From: Gammaproteobacteria bacterium Ga0077554
Lineage (GTDB): Bacteria > Pseudomonadota > Gammaproteobacteria > Ga0077554 > Ga007554
Length of the DNA: 64,000 nucleotides
Assembly (NCBI GenBank): GCA_001464585.1
Contig: LNFF01000031.1
Coordinates: forward strand, 1,094-65,093
Reading direction: 5' to 3'
In this document: positions 45,893 through 54,776 of the stretch, piece by piece
Layout: each line of letters starts with the position of its first letter
How positions within the stretch are numbered: the first letter of the stretch is position 1
Position numbers and translations under genes: made by a program
Notes under the pieces: generated by a model
Database searches by the model: none
Told to the model about the DNA's origin: nothing
The model's input: the letters and a program-made list of their open reading frames with translations, nothing else

Positions 45893-46582
45893 TTAATCCC
45901 GCGCTGAAAAACGATACCCAGTACCCCGCACCGTCTGAATCAGGCGGTCATGGCCATGTTCAGAAAGGGCTTTACGCAAACGACGTATATGTACATCCAC
46001 AGTGCGCTCTTCAATGTACACATCGGTGCCCCATACCTTGTCGAGCAATTGTCCCCGGCTATAAACACGCTCGGGATGCGCCATAAAAAAATGCAGCATA
46101 CGAAACTCCGTGGGCCCCAGGTCTACCGCACTCCCATGCGCGGTAACACGGTGGCCGCTGGGATCGAGCCGTAAACCCTCTACTTCCATGACCCTCTCTT
46201 GAGAGACCGGCGCAGCACGGCGCAATACCGCCTTGATGCGGGCCACCAGTTCACGCGGCGAAAAAGGTTTGGTTACGTAGTCGTCCGCACCTACGTCAAA
46301 CCCTTGAACCTTGTCCATTTCATCCCCGCGCGCCGTGAGCATGATAATGGGGATACGGCGGCTGGCCTCGCTATTTTTCAAGCGCCGCGTAAAATCAATA
46401 CCGCTTAAGCCGGGCATCATCCAGTCGATCAGCATCAAATCCGGTGTACGTTGAGCCATCATTACTTGAGCCTGGGCAGCATCACCCGCCGCCATAATGA
46501 CAAAGCCCGCCCGCTCCAGGGCAAATACGATCATCTCCCGCACCGAAGACTCGTCTTCCACCACCAGTATTGTCCCAGCCAT
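45893..46582 (-). CDS. phoB: Phosphate regulon response regulator PhoB
   Basis: It combines REC ([13 protein letters not shown]...[13 protein letters not shown]) with an OmpR-type winged helix (...[28 protein letters not shown]...[11 protein letters not shown]). Confidence 0.93.
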   Translation of the reverse strand: MAGTILVVEDESSVREMIVFALERAGFVIMAAGDAAQAQVMMAQRTPDLMLIDWMMPGLSGIDFTRRLKNSEASRRIPIIMLTARGDEMDKVQGFDVGADDYVTKPFSPRELVARIKAVLRRAAPVSQERVMEVEGLRLDPSGHRVTAHGSAVDLGPTEFRMLHFFMAHPERVYSRGQLLDKVWGTDVYIEERTVDVHIRRLRKALSEHGHDRLIQTVRGTGYRFSARD

Positions 46583-46646
46583 ACGTCATCCTCAAAAGGC
46601 TTGCCCAGATATTAAACAAGTATTTCAGATGTATTACACTCAAAAG

Positions 46647-46673
46647 ATGTTACAGGCGTGTGACACATGACGA
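46647..46673 (-). promoter_or_regulatory. Possible Pho box upstream of phoB
   Basis: The minus strand reads cGTCATgTGTCACacgccTGTAACatc. TGTCAC and TGTAAC are 11 bp apart, about 65-90 nt upstream of the phoB ATG. Confidence 0.45.
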
Positions 46674-46835
46674 ATATTACAAAACCAGCTACCAAACATT
46701 ATTTTGACGCAGTATTCAATTTCTGGCTTGAAAGTGATGGACACGCGTCCAGTTTCCGTCATGGTAAATAATTAAATGATTGTATTTTAAGTAAATAATT
46801 GGATGGCATTGTTTGTGCTTAGCTATAAATGTGTC

Positions 46836-46908
46836 ACCCGTTACAAGTGACATATTGCTTTAAACCTCCCACTTTCCAGGGGTACGCAAGTGCCCCTGAT
46901 TTTTTTAT
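46836..46908 (+). ncRNA. Candidate orphan small RNA or orphan plus-strand terminator
   Basis: The intrinsic terminator cagggg-tacgcaagtg-cccctg plus T-run (46877-46907) is oriented on the plus strand, but no plus-strand gene lies upstream. It is preceded by the unpaired stretch aaaCCTCCCacttt. A TATAAAT box (46824-46830) and a TGTCAC-N9-GTGACA palindrome also precede it. Confidence 0.35.
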
Positions 46909-46917
46909 TTTGCATGC

Positions 46918-48315
46918 TTACTCGCGGCGCCAGGTGGTGCCTGCAGCCCCATCTTCCAGCAGAATACCCTGCTCTTTCAACACATCACGAATACGGTCGG
47001 ATTCTTTCCAGTTTTTATTGGCCCGTGCCGCGTTGCGTTGAAGAATCAGGTGCTCGACGGCAACACTCCCACCAGCCATGATTTTGGCATCCGACTCACC
47101 TTTGAAAAATGATTCTGGATGGGTTTGCAATAAACCCAATACCCTGCCCAGAGTTCGCAACGCGCTTGCCAAACGCGCGGCCTGGGCGGTATCTTCCGTA
47201 CGCAGACGATTGATCTCACGCACCAGATCAAACAACACCGCCAGCGCTTCAGCAGTATTAAAATCATCATCCATCGCCGCATTAAAACGCTGTTCATAAG
47301 CAGCCTCTGGAGATTCTTCAACTGCCCCAGCAGTGAAACCACGTAACGCCATGTAAAAACGCTCTAATGCAGCTTTGGCATTATTGAGATGTTCCGTGGA
47401 ATAATGCAGCGGGCCGCGGTAATGGCTGCTGAGAATGAAATAGCGCACTACTTCTGGCTTGTAATGTTTCAATACCTCGCGCACCGTGAAAAAATTACCC
47501 AGCGATTTTGACATCTTCTCGTTGTCGACCTGCACAAAACCATTGTGCATCCATACATTCACGAATTTATGCCCGGTCGCCGCTTCCGATTGCGCAATTT
47601 CGTTTTCGTGATGCGGAAATTTCAGATCCATGCCACCGCCGTGAATATCAAAATGCTCACCCAGGCTAGTGCATGACATCGCGGAACATTCGATGTGCCA
47701 ACCGGGACGGCCGTTTCCCCACGGCGATGGCCAACTTGGCTCGCCGGGCTTGGCGGATTTCCATAACACGAAATCCAGCGGATCATCTTTGGCTTCGTCG
47801 ACATCAACGCGCGATCCAGCGCGCAGGTCTTCAAGACGCTTGCCGGATAACTCACCATAGTGTTCGAAGCGGCTGACATCATAATACACATCACCATTAG
47901 CGGCCTGGTATGCGTAACCTTTTTCGATTAAGGTCTGCACCAGCTTGATAATGCCATCTATTGAATCCGTAGCGCGCGGCTCAATGTCGGGCGGCAACAC
48001 GCCCAACGCTCGCTCATCTTCGTGCATGGCATTGATGAAGCGTTGCGTGAGCGCATCTATAGGCTCATTATTTTCTGCGGCGCGCTTGATGATCTTGTCG
48101 TCGATGTCAGTAATGTTGCGCACGTAAGTGACGTTATAGCCCAGCGTGCGCAGGTAACGCGCCACCACATCAAACACCACCATGACGCGCGCATGACCCA
48201 GATGACAGTAATCATAAACTGTCATGCCGCACACATACATGCCGATTTTTCCGGGCGCGATGGGAATCAGCGGTTCTTTTTTTCCAGTGAGACTGTTATG
48301 GATGTGTAATGTCAT
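46918..48315 (-). CDS. cysS: Cysteine--tRNA ligase
   Basis: It has the HIGH motif (CHLGHAR), the KMSKS motif and Zn ligands. The ORF is 465 aa. Confidence 0.97.
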   Translation of the reverse strand: MTLHIHNSLTGKKEPLIPIAPGKIGMYVCGMTVYDYCHLGHARVMVVFDVVARYLRTLGYNVTYVRNITDIDDKIIKRAAENNEPIDALTQRFINAMHEDERALGVLPPDIEPRATDSIDGIIKLVQTLIEKGYAYQAANGDVYYDVSRFEHYGELSGKRLEDLRAGSRVDVDEAKDDPLDFVLWKSAKPGEPSWPSPWGNGRPGWHIECSAMSCTSLGEHFDIHGGGMDLKFPHHENEIAQSEAATGHKFVNVWMHNGFVQVDNEKMSKSLGNFFTVREVLKHYKPEVVRYFILSSHYRGPLHYSTEHLNNAKAALERFYMALRGFTAGAVEESPEAAYEQRFNAAMDDDFNTAEALAVLFDLVREINRLRTEDTAQAARLASALRTLGRVLGLLQTHPESFFKGESDAKIMAGGSVAVEHLILQRNAARANKNWKESDRIRDVLKEQGILLEDGAAGTTWRRE

Positions 48316-48332
48316 GTACTTTGGGTTTTATG

Positions 48333-49757
48333 TTATGGGGAGGTTGTCATTGCTACGCACGCCTGCAAGCGTGTGCGCATACGTTCTACGGTTAACAGCG
48401 TTACCAGTTGCGCCATTTCCGGGCCATCCAATTCGCCGGTGAGTGCGGCGCGCAAGGGATGGAATAATGCTTTGCCCTTGGCGCCGGTTTCCTGCTTGAT
48501 GTGATTGACCAGTGCCTTGTAATCTGCGCCATGTTGATCCAGTGCGGCAAGCGCATGTTCGAAGAACGCGCCGCCAGCCTCTTCCACCGCCTTGCACGCA
48601 TCCGGGCTCAATGCCACCGGATAAATATACAAGGTGCGCGCCCATAGCAGCGCATGTTCTGGAAAAATCACGTTGGTGCGCACGGCCGCAACAAATGTTG
48701 CTTGTTGCGCATCAGGCACCAGCGCGTGGACGTCAGTGCCCATCCACTGCCACAGCGTATCCGCATCGGCGCGCATCAAGGCTTCGCGCTGCCAATGCAG
48801 CAAATGGGTGGTGTCGTAGTGCGCGGGCGCGCGCCCCAGATTGCTGATCTCAAACTCGGATGCCAGCGCATCCAGATCCATAAACGCGTTATTCGGGTAA
48901 TAGTGGCCGAGACGCGCCATGTAATTGGTGATCGCACCCGGCAGATAACCGGTTTGGCGCAATTCGCGGATACTGCGGCTGCCATGGCGCTTGGAAAGCG
49001 GCGCGCCGTCAGCGCCGACGATCATCGAAATATGACCGTAACGCGGCACCTGCAAGCGTAGCGCATCCAGCAACATGATCTGGCGTGGGGTATTGGTGAG
49101 ATGGTCTTCGCCACGCAACACATGCGTCACGCCCATCAGCGCATCGTCAATGGCGTTGCTGAAGAAAAACGCGGGCGTGCCATCACCCCGGCGAATCACA
49201 AAGTCGCCAATGTCATCGCTGTTGAATTTTTGCGGACCGCGCACCGCATCGTCAAACTCCACGGTGCGGTGCGCGGGCACACGAAAACGCAGGGTAGGCT
49301 GGCCACCATTTTGTAATCGTGCCGCGACTTCTTCGCCATTCAAACGCGCGCAGGTGCCAGCGTAACGCGGCGGCTGACCCGCAGCAATTTGCGTTTTGCG
49401 CGTCAGATCCAGCTCGCGCTCGCTGCAAAAACACAGGTATGCCAGACCTTGCTGCTCCAGGCTATCAAAATAATTACGGTACACGGCGCCGCGTTGCGAT
49501 TGCAAATAGGGCGCATGGGCACCGCCCACGCCCGGCCCTTCCTGCCACGTCAGCCCCAGCCAATTCATGTCGTCTTCAATGCCCTGGATGTATTGGGTCT
49601 GGCTGCGCTCCTGGTCAGTGTCTTCGATGCGCAGCAGAAAAACCCCGCGTTCTTTGCGGGCAAGCAGCGTGCTGAACAAAGCCGTACGGGCATTACCCAG
49701 GTGCAGAAAACCACTGGGACTGGGGGCAAAACGGGTTTTGGTGATATTAATAGTCAT
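48333..49757 (-). CDS. gltX: Glutamate--tRNA ligase
   Basis: TRFAPSPSGFLHLGNARTALF (HIGH-like) and LSKRHGS (KMSKS-like) are present. The ORF is 474 aa. Confidence 0.96.
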   Translation of the reverse strand: MTINITKTRFAPSPSGFLHLGNARTALFSTLLARKERGVFLLRIEDTDQERSQTQYIQGIEDDMNWLGLTWQEGPGVGGAHAPYLQSQRGAVYRNYFDSLEQQGLAYLCFCSERELDLTRKTQIAAGQPPRYAGTCARLNGEEVAARLQNGGQPTLRFRVPAHRTVEFDDAVRGPQKFNSDDIGDFVIRRGDGTPAFFFSNAIDDALMGVTHVLRGEDHLTNTPRQIMLLDALRLQVPRYGHISMIVGADGAPLSKRHGSRSIRELRQTGYLPGAITNYMARLGHYYPNNAFMDLDALASEFEISNLGRAPAHYDTTHLLHWQREALMRADADTLWQWMGTDVHALVPDAQQATFVAAVRTNVIFPEHALLWARTLYIYPVALSPDACKAVEEAGGAFFEHALAALDQHGADYKALVNHIKQETGAKGKALFHPLRAALTGELDGPEMAQLVTLLTVERMRTRLQACVAMTTSP

Positions 49758-49878
49758 AACCTCCCATGTTAACGGAAACCTGCACCAAGCTCAAAATTAT
49801 CATTGATGGCTTGGCTTTTTATCCCCCGCTCCTTTACACTTCACTATTGATACCCACTTACATAACGGAACACTGACC

Positions 49879-50481
49879 ATGAACTACCTTTTAAAATCTT
49901 TGACGCTGGGCACCCTGATGGCGATCAGCGCGCAAGCCGGCGCCGCGACTGACCCGGTGGGCGACCACCCGCGCATCCTGATGGAAACCAGCATGGGCAA
50001 TATTGTACTGGAACTGGATCGCGCCAAAGCGCCCAAGAGCGTCGATAACTTCGTCAAATACGTACAAGATGGCTTTTATGACGGCACTATCTTCCACCGT
50101 GTTATCAAAGATTTTATGGCTCAGGGTGGCGGATTCACACCTGACTTCGCGCAAAAATCAGTACGTGCGCCCGTCAGCAACGAAGCCGACAATGGCCTGA
50201 AAAATGTGCGCGGCAGCATCGCCATGGCGCGCACCAATGATCCACACTCTGCCACCGCGCAATTTTTCATCAACACGGTAGACAACGATTTTCTTAACTT
50301 CAGCGCACCCACCGCGCGCGGCTGGGGTTACACGGTATTCGGTAAAGTTGTGGAAGGCATGGACGTAATTGATAAAATTCGCAGTACGCCCACCGGTTCC
50401 GGCGGCCCCTTCCCGACTGACGTGCCTAAAACCACCGTGCTGATCAAAAAAGCCAGCATGGTTGCTGTGAAAGCGAAATAG
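49879..50481 (+). CDS. ppiA: Periplasmic peptidyl-prolyl cis-trans isomerase (cyclophilin type)
   Basis: It has a signal peptide and the cyclophilin core (…FHRVIKDFMAQGGGF…GSIAMARTNDPHSATAQFFIN…). Confidence 0.92.
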   Translation: MNYLLKSLTLGTLMAISAQAGAATDPVGDHPRILMETSMGNIVLELDRAKAPKSVDNFVKYVQDGFYDGTIFHRVIKDFMAQGGGFTPDFAQKSVRAPVSNEADNGLKNVRGSIAMARTNDPHSATAQFFINTVDNDFLNFSAPTARGWGYTVFGKVVEGMDVIDKIRSTPTGSGGPFPTDVPKTTVLIKKASMVAVKAK

Positions 50482-50547
50482 CATTACATGGCAGCGGACG
50501 GAAGCGCGAAGAAAGCCTCCGTCCACGCCTGAACGAGGAAGCGCGTC

Positions 50548-50634
50548 ATGCCCGCAGTAATCCTGGAGTCGGTATTGACTTGCCCGCACTGTGGGCACGC
50601 CAAACGCGAAACCATGCCCACCGATTCAGGCTGA
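50548..50634 (+). pseudogene. 28-codon remnant resembling the N-terminus of a GDCCVxC-domain small metal-binding protein
   Basis: ATG...MPAVILESVLTCPHCGHAKRETMPTDSG* matches, from memory, the start of that family (…TCPxCGHxKxETMPTDACQ…). It stops before the GDCCVxC motif, and repeat units follow immediately. Confidence 0.4.
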
Positions 50635-50700
50635 GCGGGTCTGTTGTTAATTCCGAAAAATCCAATAGGCGTTTTATCGTGAATTGTCGCTCAAAACCAA

Positions 50701-50822
50701 GATCCCTCACTTTGTTCGGGATGACAACCCTCTGTCATTTCGACCGAAGGGAGAAATCCTTGTCTCGAACGAATATGAGAGATCTTTCAGCATTCCTCGC
50801 TGCACTTATTCGGCGTGGGATG
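50701..50822. repeat. Cluster of three GTCAT-type palindromic units upstream of lpxH
   Basis: gatccctcactttgttcgggatgac (50701-50725, minus orientation), gtcatttcgaccgaagggagaaatcc (50734-50759) and cattcctcgctgcacttattcggcgtgggatg (50791-50822, minus orientation). Confidence 0.65.
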
Positions 50823-50842
50823 TGTGGGTTAATGTTAGCACC

Positions 50843-51571
50843 ATGACCACCCTATTCATCTCTGATCTGCACCTGTGTGCAGAGCGACCCGAAATCACCG
50901 CAACCTTTATCGAATTTCTGCGTACCCGCGCGCGTCAGGCCGAGGCGCTGTACATTCTGGGTGATTTGTTTGAAGTATGGATTGGCGATGACGCCGCCAT
51001 TACCGCGCATCAGCCTATCATTGATGCTTTAAAAAACCTCACAGACAGCGGTGTTCCCGTCTATGTGATGCACGGTAACCGGGACTTTCTGATGGGCGAT
51101 GCTTTTGCAACCGCCAGTGGTTGCCAGTTGATTGCCGAGCCACTCGTCATTAACCTGCATGGCACGCCCACGTTACTCATGCACGGTGATGTGTTGTGTA
51201 CCGATGATGTCGACTACCAGCGCTTTCGCGCCCAAGTGCGTAACCCCATATGGCAACAAAAAATCCTGGCGCTTACACCCCAGCAACGCGCTGCACTGGC
51301 GCAGGATTATCGCAGCCAAAGCCGCGAACAATCCAGCCAGAAATCCATGGAAATTATGGATGTAAATCCGCACGCCGTAGAAAACACCTTGCGTGAACAC
51401 GGCGTATCACACCTGATCCATGGCCACACCCACCGCTTAGCCGTTCACGATATACAGGTGGATGGCAAACCGGCACAGCGTACTGTGCTCGGCGACTGGC
51501 ATCATCAAGGCAACGTGCTGGTATGTGATGATGCGGGATGCAATTTTTCATGGCTACCTTTCCAGCGCTAA
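50843..51571 (+). CDS. lpxH: UDP-2,3-diacylglucosamine diphosphatase LpxH
   Basis: MTTLFISDLHLC...LYILGDLFEVWIGDD...MHGNRDFL...HGHTHR are the calcineurin-like LpxH motifs. The longer ORF from 50684 is repeat-derived. Confidence 0.92.
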   Translation: MTTLFISDLHLCAERPEITATFIEFLRTRARQAEALYILGDLFEVWIGDDAAITAHQPIIDALKNLTDSGVPVYVMHGNRDFLMGDAFATASGCQLIAEPLVINLHGTPTLLMHGDVLCTDDVDYQRFRAQVRNPIWQQKILALTPQQRAALAQDYRSQSREQSSQKSMEIMDVNPHAVENTLREHGVSHLIHGHTHRLAVHDIQVDGKPAQRTVLGDWHHQGNVLVCDDAGCNFSWLPFQR

Positions 51572-51641
51572 CATCTTTCGCGCAGATGACGATAACCCTG
51601 ACAAGAGTCTACTCTCACGGACGGAATAACCCAGCACTGCC

Positions 51642-52511
51642 ATGTATCCTGAAAACCATTTGTATGGTGCATTGTTCGCCATCAGCGCCGCATTGATGTT
51701 CGCAGCGATGGGCGCCACCATCAAAATCATCTCAGCCGACCTGCCTACTGAAATGGCAGTATTCTTCCGTAATTTCTTTGGTTTGATTGTCCTGTTGCCG
51801 TGGCTGTGGAGTGGCGGCGTGCGTGCCCTGGCAACACAGCATTTTAATGCGCACCTGATGCGCTCGCTGGCGGGCGTGGCGGCGATGTATTGTTTTTTTT
51901 ACGCGATTCATTATTTGCCCCTCTCAGAAGCCGTGCTGCTGAATTTTACCGCGCCGTTATTTATGCCTTTTGTAGTGTTATTCTGGTTTAAAGAATCCGT
52001 ATCACGCGCGCTGTGGTGGGCAATCCTGGTGGGGTTTATGGGCATCCTCCTGATTTTAAAACCGGGCATGGCGATGTTCTCGCCCGCCGCCTTGATCGGC
52101 CTGGCCTCGGGCGCATTGGCAGCAGTGGCAGTGGCCAACATCCGGCGCATGGCAGAAACCGAACCGACCACGCGCATCGTATTTTACTTCTGCATCATCA
52201 GCACGCTGGTATCAGCGATACCCTTGGCATGGTATTGGCAAACACCGGAGCCTGCGCTGTGGGGTTTTATGATTTTATCCGGCGTGTTCGCCACGGCGGG
52301 GCAACTGTTACTCACACGCAGTTACGCACTCGCCTCTGCCTCATTTATAGGCCCATTCACTTACAGCTCAGTAGTATTTGCGACCATCATCGGCTGGCTG
52401 TTGTGGGATGAAAGTCCGCACGCGCTGACGTTGGCAGGGGCATTACTGGTGTGTATGGCAGGGATTATTGCCATGCGCCAGGTGGGCGCGCCTGCCGGGA
52501 TAAAAAAATAG
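51642..52511 (+). CDS. DMT-superfamily (EamA) transporter
   Basis: It has ten predicted TM helices in two EamA-like halves. Confidence 0.8.
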   Translation: MYPENHLYGALFAISAALMFAAMGATIKIISADLPTEMAVFFRNFFGLIVLLPWLWSGGVRALATQHFNAHLMRSLAGVAAMYCFFYAIHYLPLSEAVLLNFTAPLFMPFVVLFWFKESVSRALWWAILVGFMGILLILKPGMAMFSPAALIGLASGALAAVAVANIRRMAETEPTTRIVFYFCIISTLVSAIPLAWYWQTPEPALWGFMILSGVFATAGQLLLTRSYALASASFIGPFTYSSVVFATIIGWLLWDESPHALTLAGALLVCMAGIIAMRQVGAPAGIKK

Positions 52512-52515
52512 CGGC

Positions 52516-53358
52516 TCAACACTTTGTTAAATAATGATGGTGGTACTTGAGATGCTCGCCTATAAAAGTAGCCACGAAGTGATAGCTATGACCGTAGCCT
52601 TCGTGGAACCTGAGGTTAATGGGTTGGCCATATTTCTCACAGGCGGCGCTTAAGTTTTCAGGCAATAACTCCCCCGCCTCATAGTATTCATCAGCCAGTC
52701 CTACATCAATCAAAAGCTCAGCACACCTGGCTCCGGCTTCAACCAGGCATGTTGCATCATAGGTTTTCCACAACTTCACATCATCACCCAAATAAGCGCT
52801 CATACATTCCCTGCCCCACGCCATGCCCATCGGGTTGCAAAGCGGGGCAAACGCGGAAACAGACGCGTAGACACCGGGATTTTTCAACGCGCAAATCAGC
52901 GCGCCATGTCCACCCATGGAGTGCCCGCTAATCGACTTCAGCCCTGGAATTAAAGGCAAATGGACTTCGAGCAAAGCAGGTAATTCTTTAGTCACATAAT
53001 CATACATATGGTAATGCGTAGACCACGGCGCCGCTGTAGCGTTGACATAATAACCCGCGCCCTTGCCCATGTCATAACGGCTTTCATCATCAGGAATATC
53101 GGTGCCACGCGGGCTGGTGTCAGGAAAAACCAGCGCCATGCCAAGTTCAGCAGCATAACGCTGCGCGCCAGCTTTAACGCGGGCATTATCATCGGTGCAA
53201 GTTAAACCTGATAACCAATAGAGCGCGGGTACTTTTTCTGTTTGTGCTTTTGGCGGCAGATAAACGGAAAATGTCATCTCACAATGACAGGCGGCAGACG
53301 CATGCGTGTAGCGATTGAGATAGCCGCCAAACTCTTTGATGCTTTCAATGCGAACCAT
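52516..53358 (-). CDS. fghA: S-formylglutathione hydrolase (esterase D)
   Basis: …FSVYLPP…PALYWLSGLTCTDDN…, the nucleophile elbow GHSMGGHGA and …GYGHSYHF are present. Confidence 0.9.
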   Translation of the reverse strand: MVRIESIKEFGGYLNRYTHASAACHCEMTFSVYLPPKAQTEKVPALYWLSGLTCTDDNARVKAGAQRYAAELGMALVFPDTSPRGTDIPDDESRYDMGKGAGYYVNATAAPWSTHYHMYDYVTKELPALLEVHLPLIPGLKSISGHSMGGHGALICALKNPGVYASVSAFAPLCNPMGMAWGRECMSAYLGDDVKLWKTYDATCLVEAGARCAELLIDVGLADEYYEAGELLPENLSAACEKYGQPINLRFHEGYGHSYHFVATFIGEHLKYHHHYLTKC

Positions 53359-53386
53359 TCATACATCCCTTCTTCTGATAAACAAA

Positions 53387-54010
53387 TCACTTGCGCAACA
53401 TGCCCTGCAAATGCGTCCACACATTATTCAGCACTTTCGCTTGGGCAGCGGCGGCGGGATGCAAGCCATCCTGCTGCATCAACGTTACATCAGTAGCGAC
53501 ACCTTCAAGTAGAAACGGCACCAGTGGAATGCGGTGGCGCGCCGCCAGATCAACATACACTTGATGGAACTTCCTGGTATAACTTGGGCCATAGTTAGGG
53601 GGCAAATGCATGCCCACCAGCAACACCTGGGCATTGCGGCGGCGGCTTTGTGTGATAATGGCATCAAGATTGGCCTGCATTTCGCCCAACAACAGGCCGC
53701 GCAACCCGTCATTGGCGCCTAATTCAACAATGACAATAGCGGGATTATGGGTTTTAAGCGCTTGCGCCAGCCGCGCCAGACCGCCTCGGGTGGTTTCGCC
53801 GCTGATGCTGGCATTGACTACCTGGTAGCGGTAGCCGCGTTCGGCGAGGCGTTGTTGCAGCAAATGCACCCATCCGGCGCGTTGCTCTATGCCATAGGCG
53901 GCGCTGAGGCTGTCGCCCAGCACCATGATGGTGGGTGCAGATACAGTAGTCGTAGCGTAGCTTGCTACGGGCATCAACAGAAACAGTAATAACAGGATTT
54001 TTTTCAACAT
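53387..54010 (-). CDS. tesA: SGNH/GDSL arylesterase / acyl-CoA thioesterase I (TesA-like)
   Basis: It has a signal peptide, GDSLSAAYG, ...ELGANDGLRG... and ...DGLHP.... The start was moved to ATG 54010. It is divergent from ybbA, as in E. coli. Confidence 0.88.
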   Translation of the reverse strand: MLKKILLLLFLLMPVASYATTTVSAPTIMVLGDSLSAAYGIEQRAGWVHLLQQRLAERGYRYQVVNASISGETTRGGLARLAQALKTHNPAIVIVELGANDGLRGLLLGEMQANLDAIITQSRRRNAQVLLVGMHLPPNYGPSYTRKFHQVYVDLAARHRIPLVPFLLEGVATDVTLMQQDGLHPAAAAQAKVLNNVWTHLQGMLRK

Positions 54011-54776
54011 GACCGAAGATTCCATACGCCCGATTATACGCACTGAGCAGTTAGCCAAACGGGTGAACAGCGCCGAATCGCCCTCGGCTGATTCACCCAT
54101 GAATGGCGAGTTAATATTATTGCACGACATTAATCTTACCATTGCGCGCGGCGCGGCGGTGACGATTGTCGGCGCGTCGGGGTCGGGCAAGTCTACCCTG
54201 CTGGGGCTGTTGGCCGGACTGGATACTCCCAGCCAAGGGCGGGTGTGGATTGACGGCGTTGATCTGTTTGCGCTTGATGAAGACGGCCGCGCCCGCTTGC
54301 GTGGCGCGATGATCGGTTTCGTGTTTCAGTCCTTTCAATTATTACCTAATCTTACCGCACTGGAAAACGTGATGCTGCCACTGGAACTGGCCGGGCGACG
54401 CGATGCGCGCGAGGTAGCGCATGCGGTGCTGGTGCGCGTTGGCCTGGAACCGCGCGTACACCATTATCCCAAACAACTGTCCGGCGGTGAACAACAGCGC
54501 GTGGCGATTGCGCGCGCCTTTGCCCCGCAACCTAAATTGCTGTTTGCCGATGAACCCACCGGCAATCTTGACCGCGCCACGGGCACTCGCATTGTTGATC
54601 TGCTGTTTGAACTCAACCGTGAACAACACACCACATTGATTCTGGTAACACACGACGAGACACTGGCGCGGCGCTGCAACCAGCGCCTGACACTTGATGC
54701 GGGCCGCCTGTTAGTTGCAGGGTCACTTGCAGATCCCCTGATAGATCCCATTATAAATCAGGGTAACGCGGCGTGA
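54009..54776 (+). CDS. ybbA: ABC transporter ATP-binding protein YbbA-like
   Basis: It has Walker A (GASGSGKSTLL), the signature LSGGEQQRVAIARA and Walker B (LLFADEPTGNLD). Confidence 0.9.
   Translation: MTEDSIRPIIRTEQLAKRVNSAESPSADSPMNGELILLHDINLTIARGAAVTIVGASGSGKSTLLGLLAGLDTPSQGRVWIDGVDLFALDEDGRARLRGAMIGFVFQSFQLLPNLTALENVMLPLELAGRRDAREVAHAVLVRVGLEPRVHHYPKQLSGGEQQRVAIARAFAPQPKLLFADEPTGNLDRATGTRIVDLLFELNREQHTTLILVTHDETLARRCNQRLTLDAGRLLVAGSLADPLIDPIINQGNAA

Noticed and set aside
50684-50842. 53-codon N-terminal extension of lpxH
   Set aside because: The extension is translated entirely from GTCAT-type repeat units (…SFRPKGEILV…). The canonical LpxH N-terminus MTTLFISDLHL begins at 50843.
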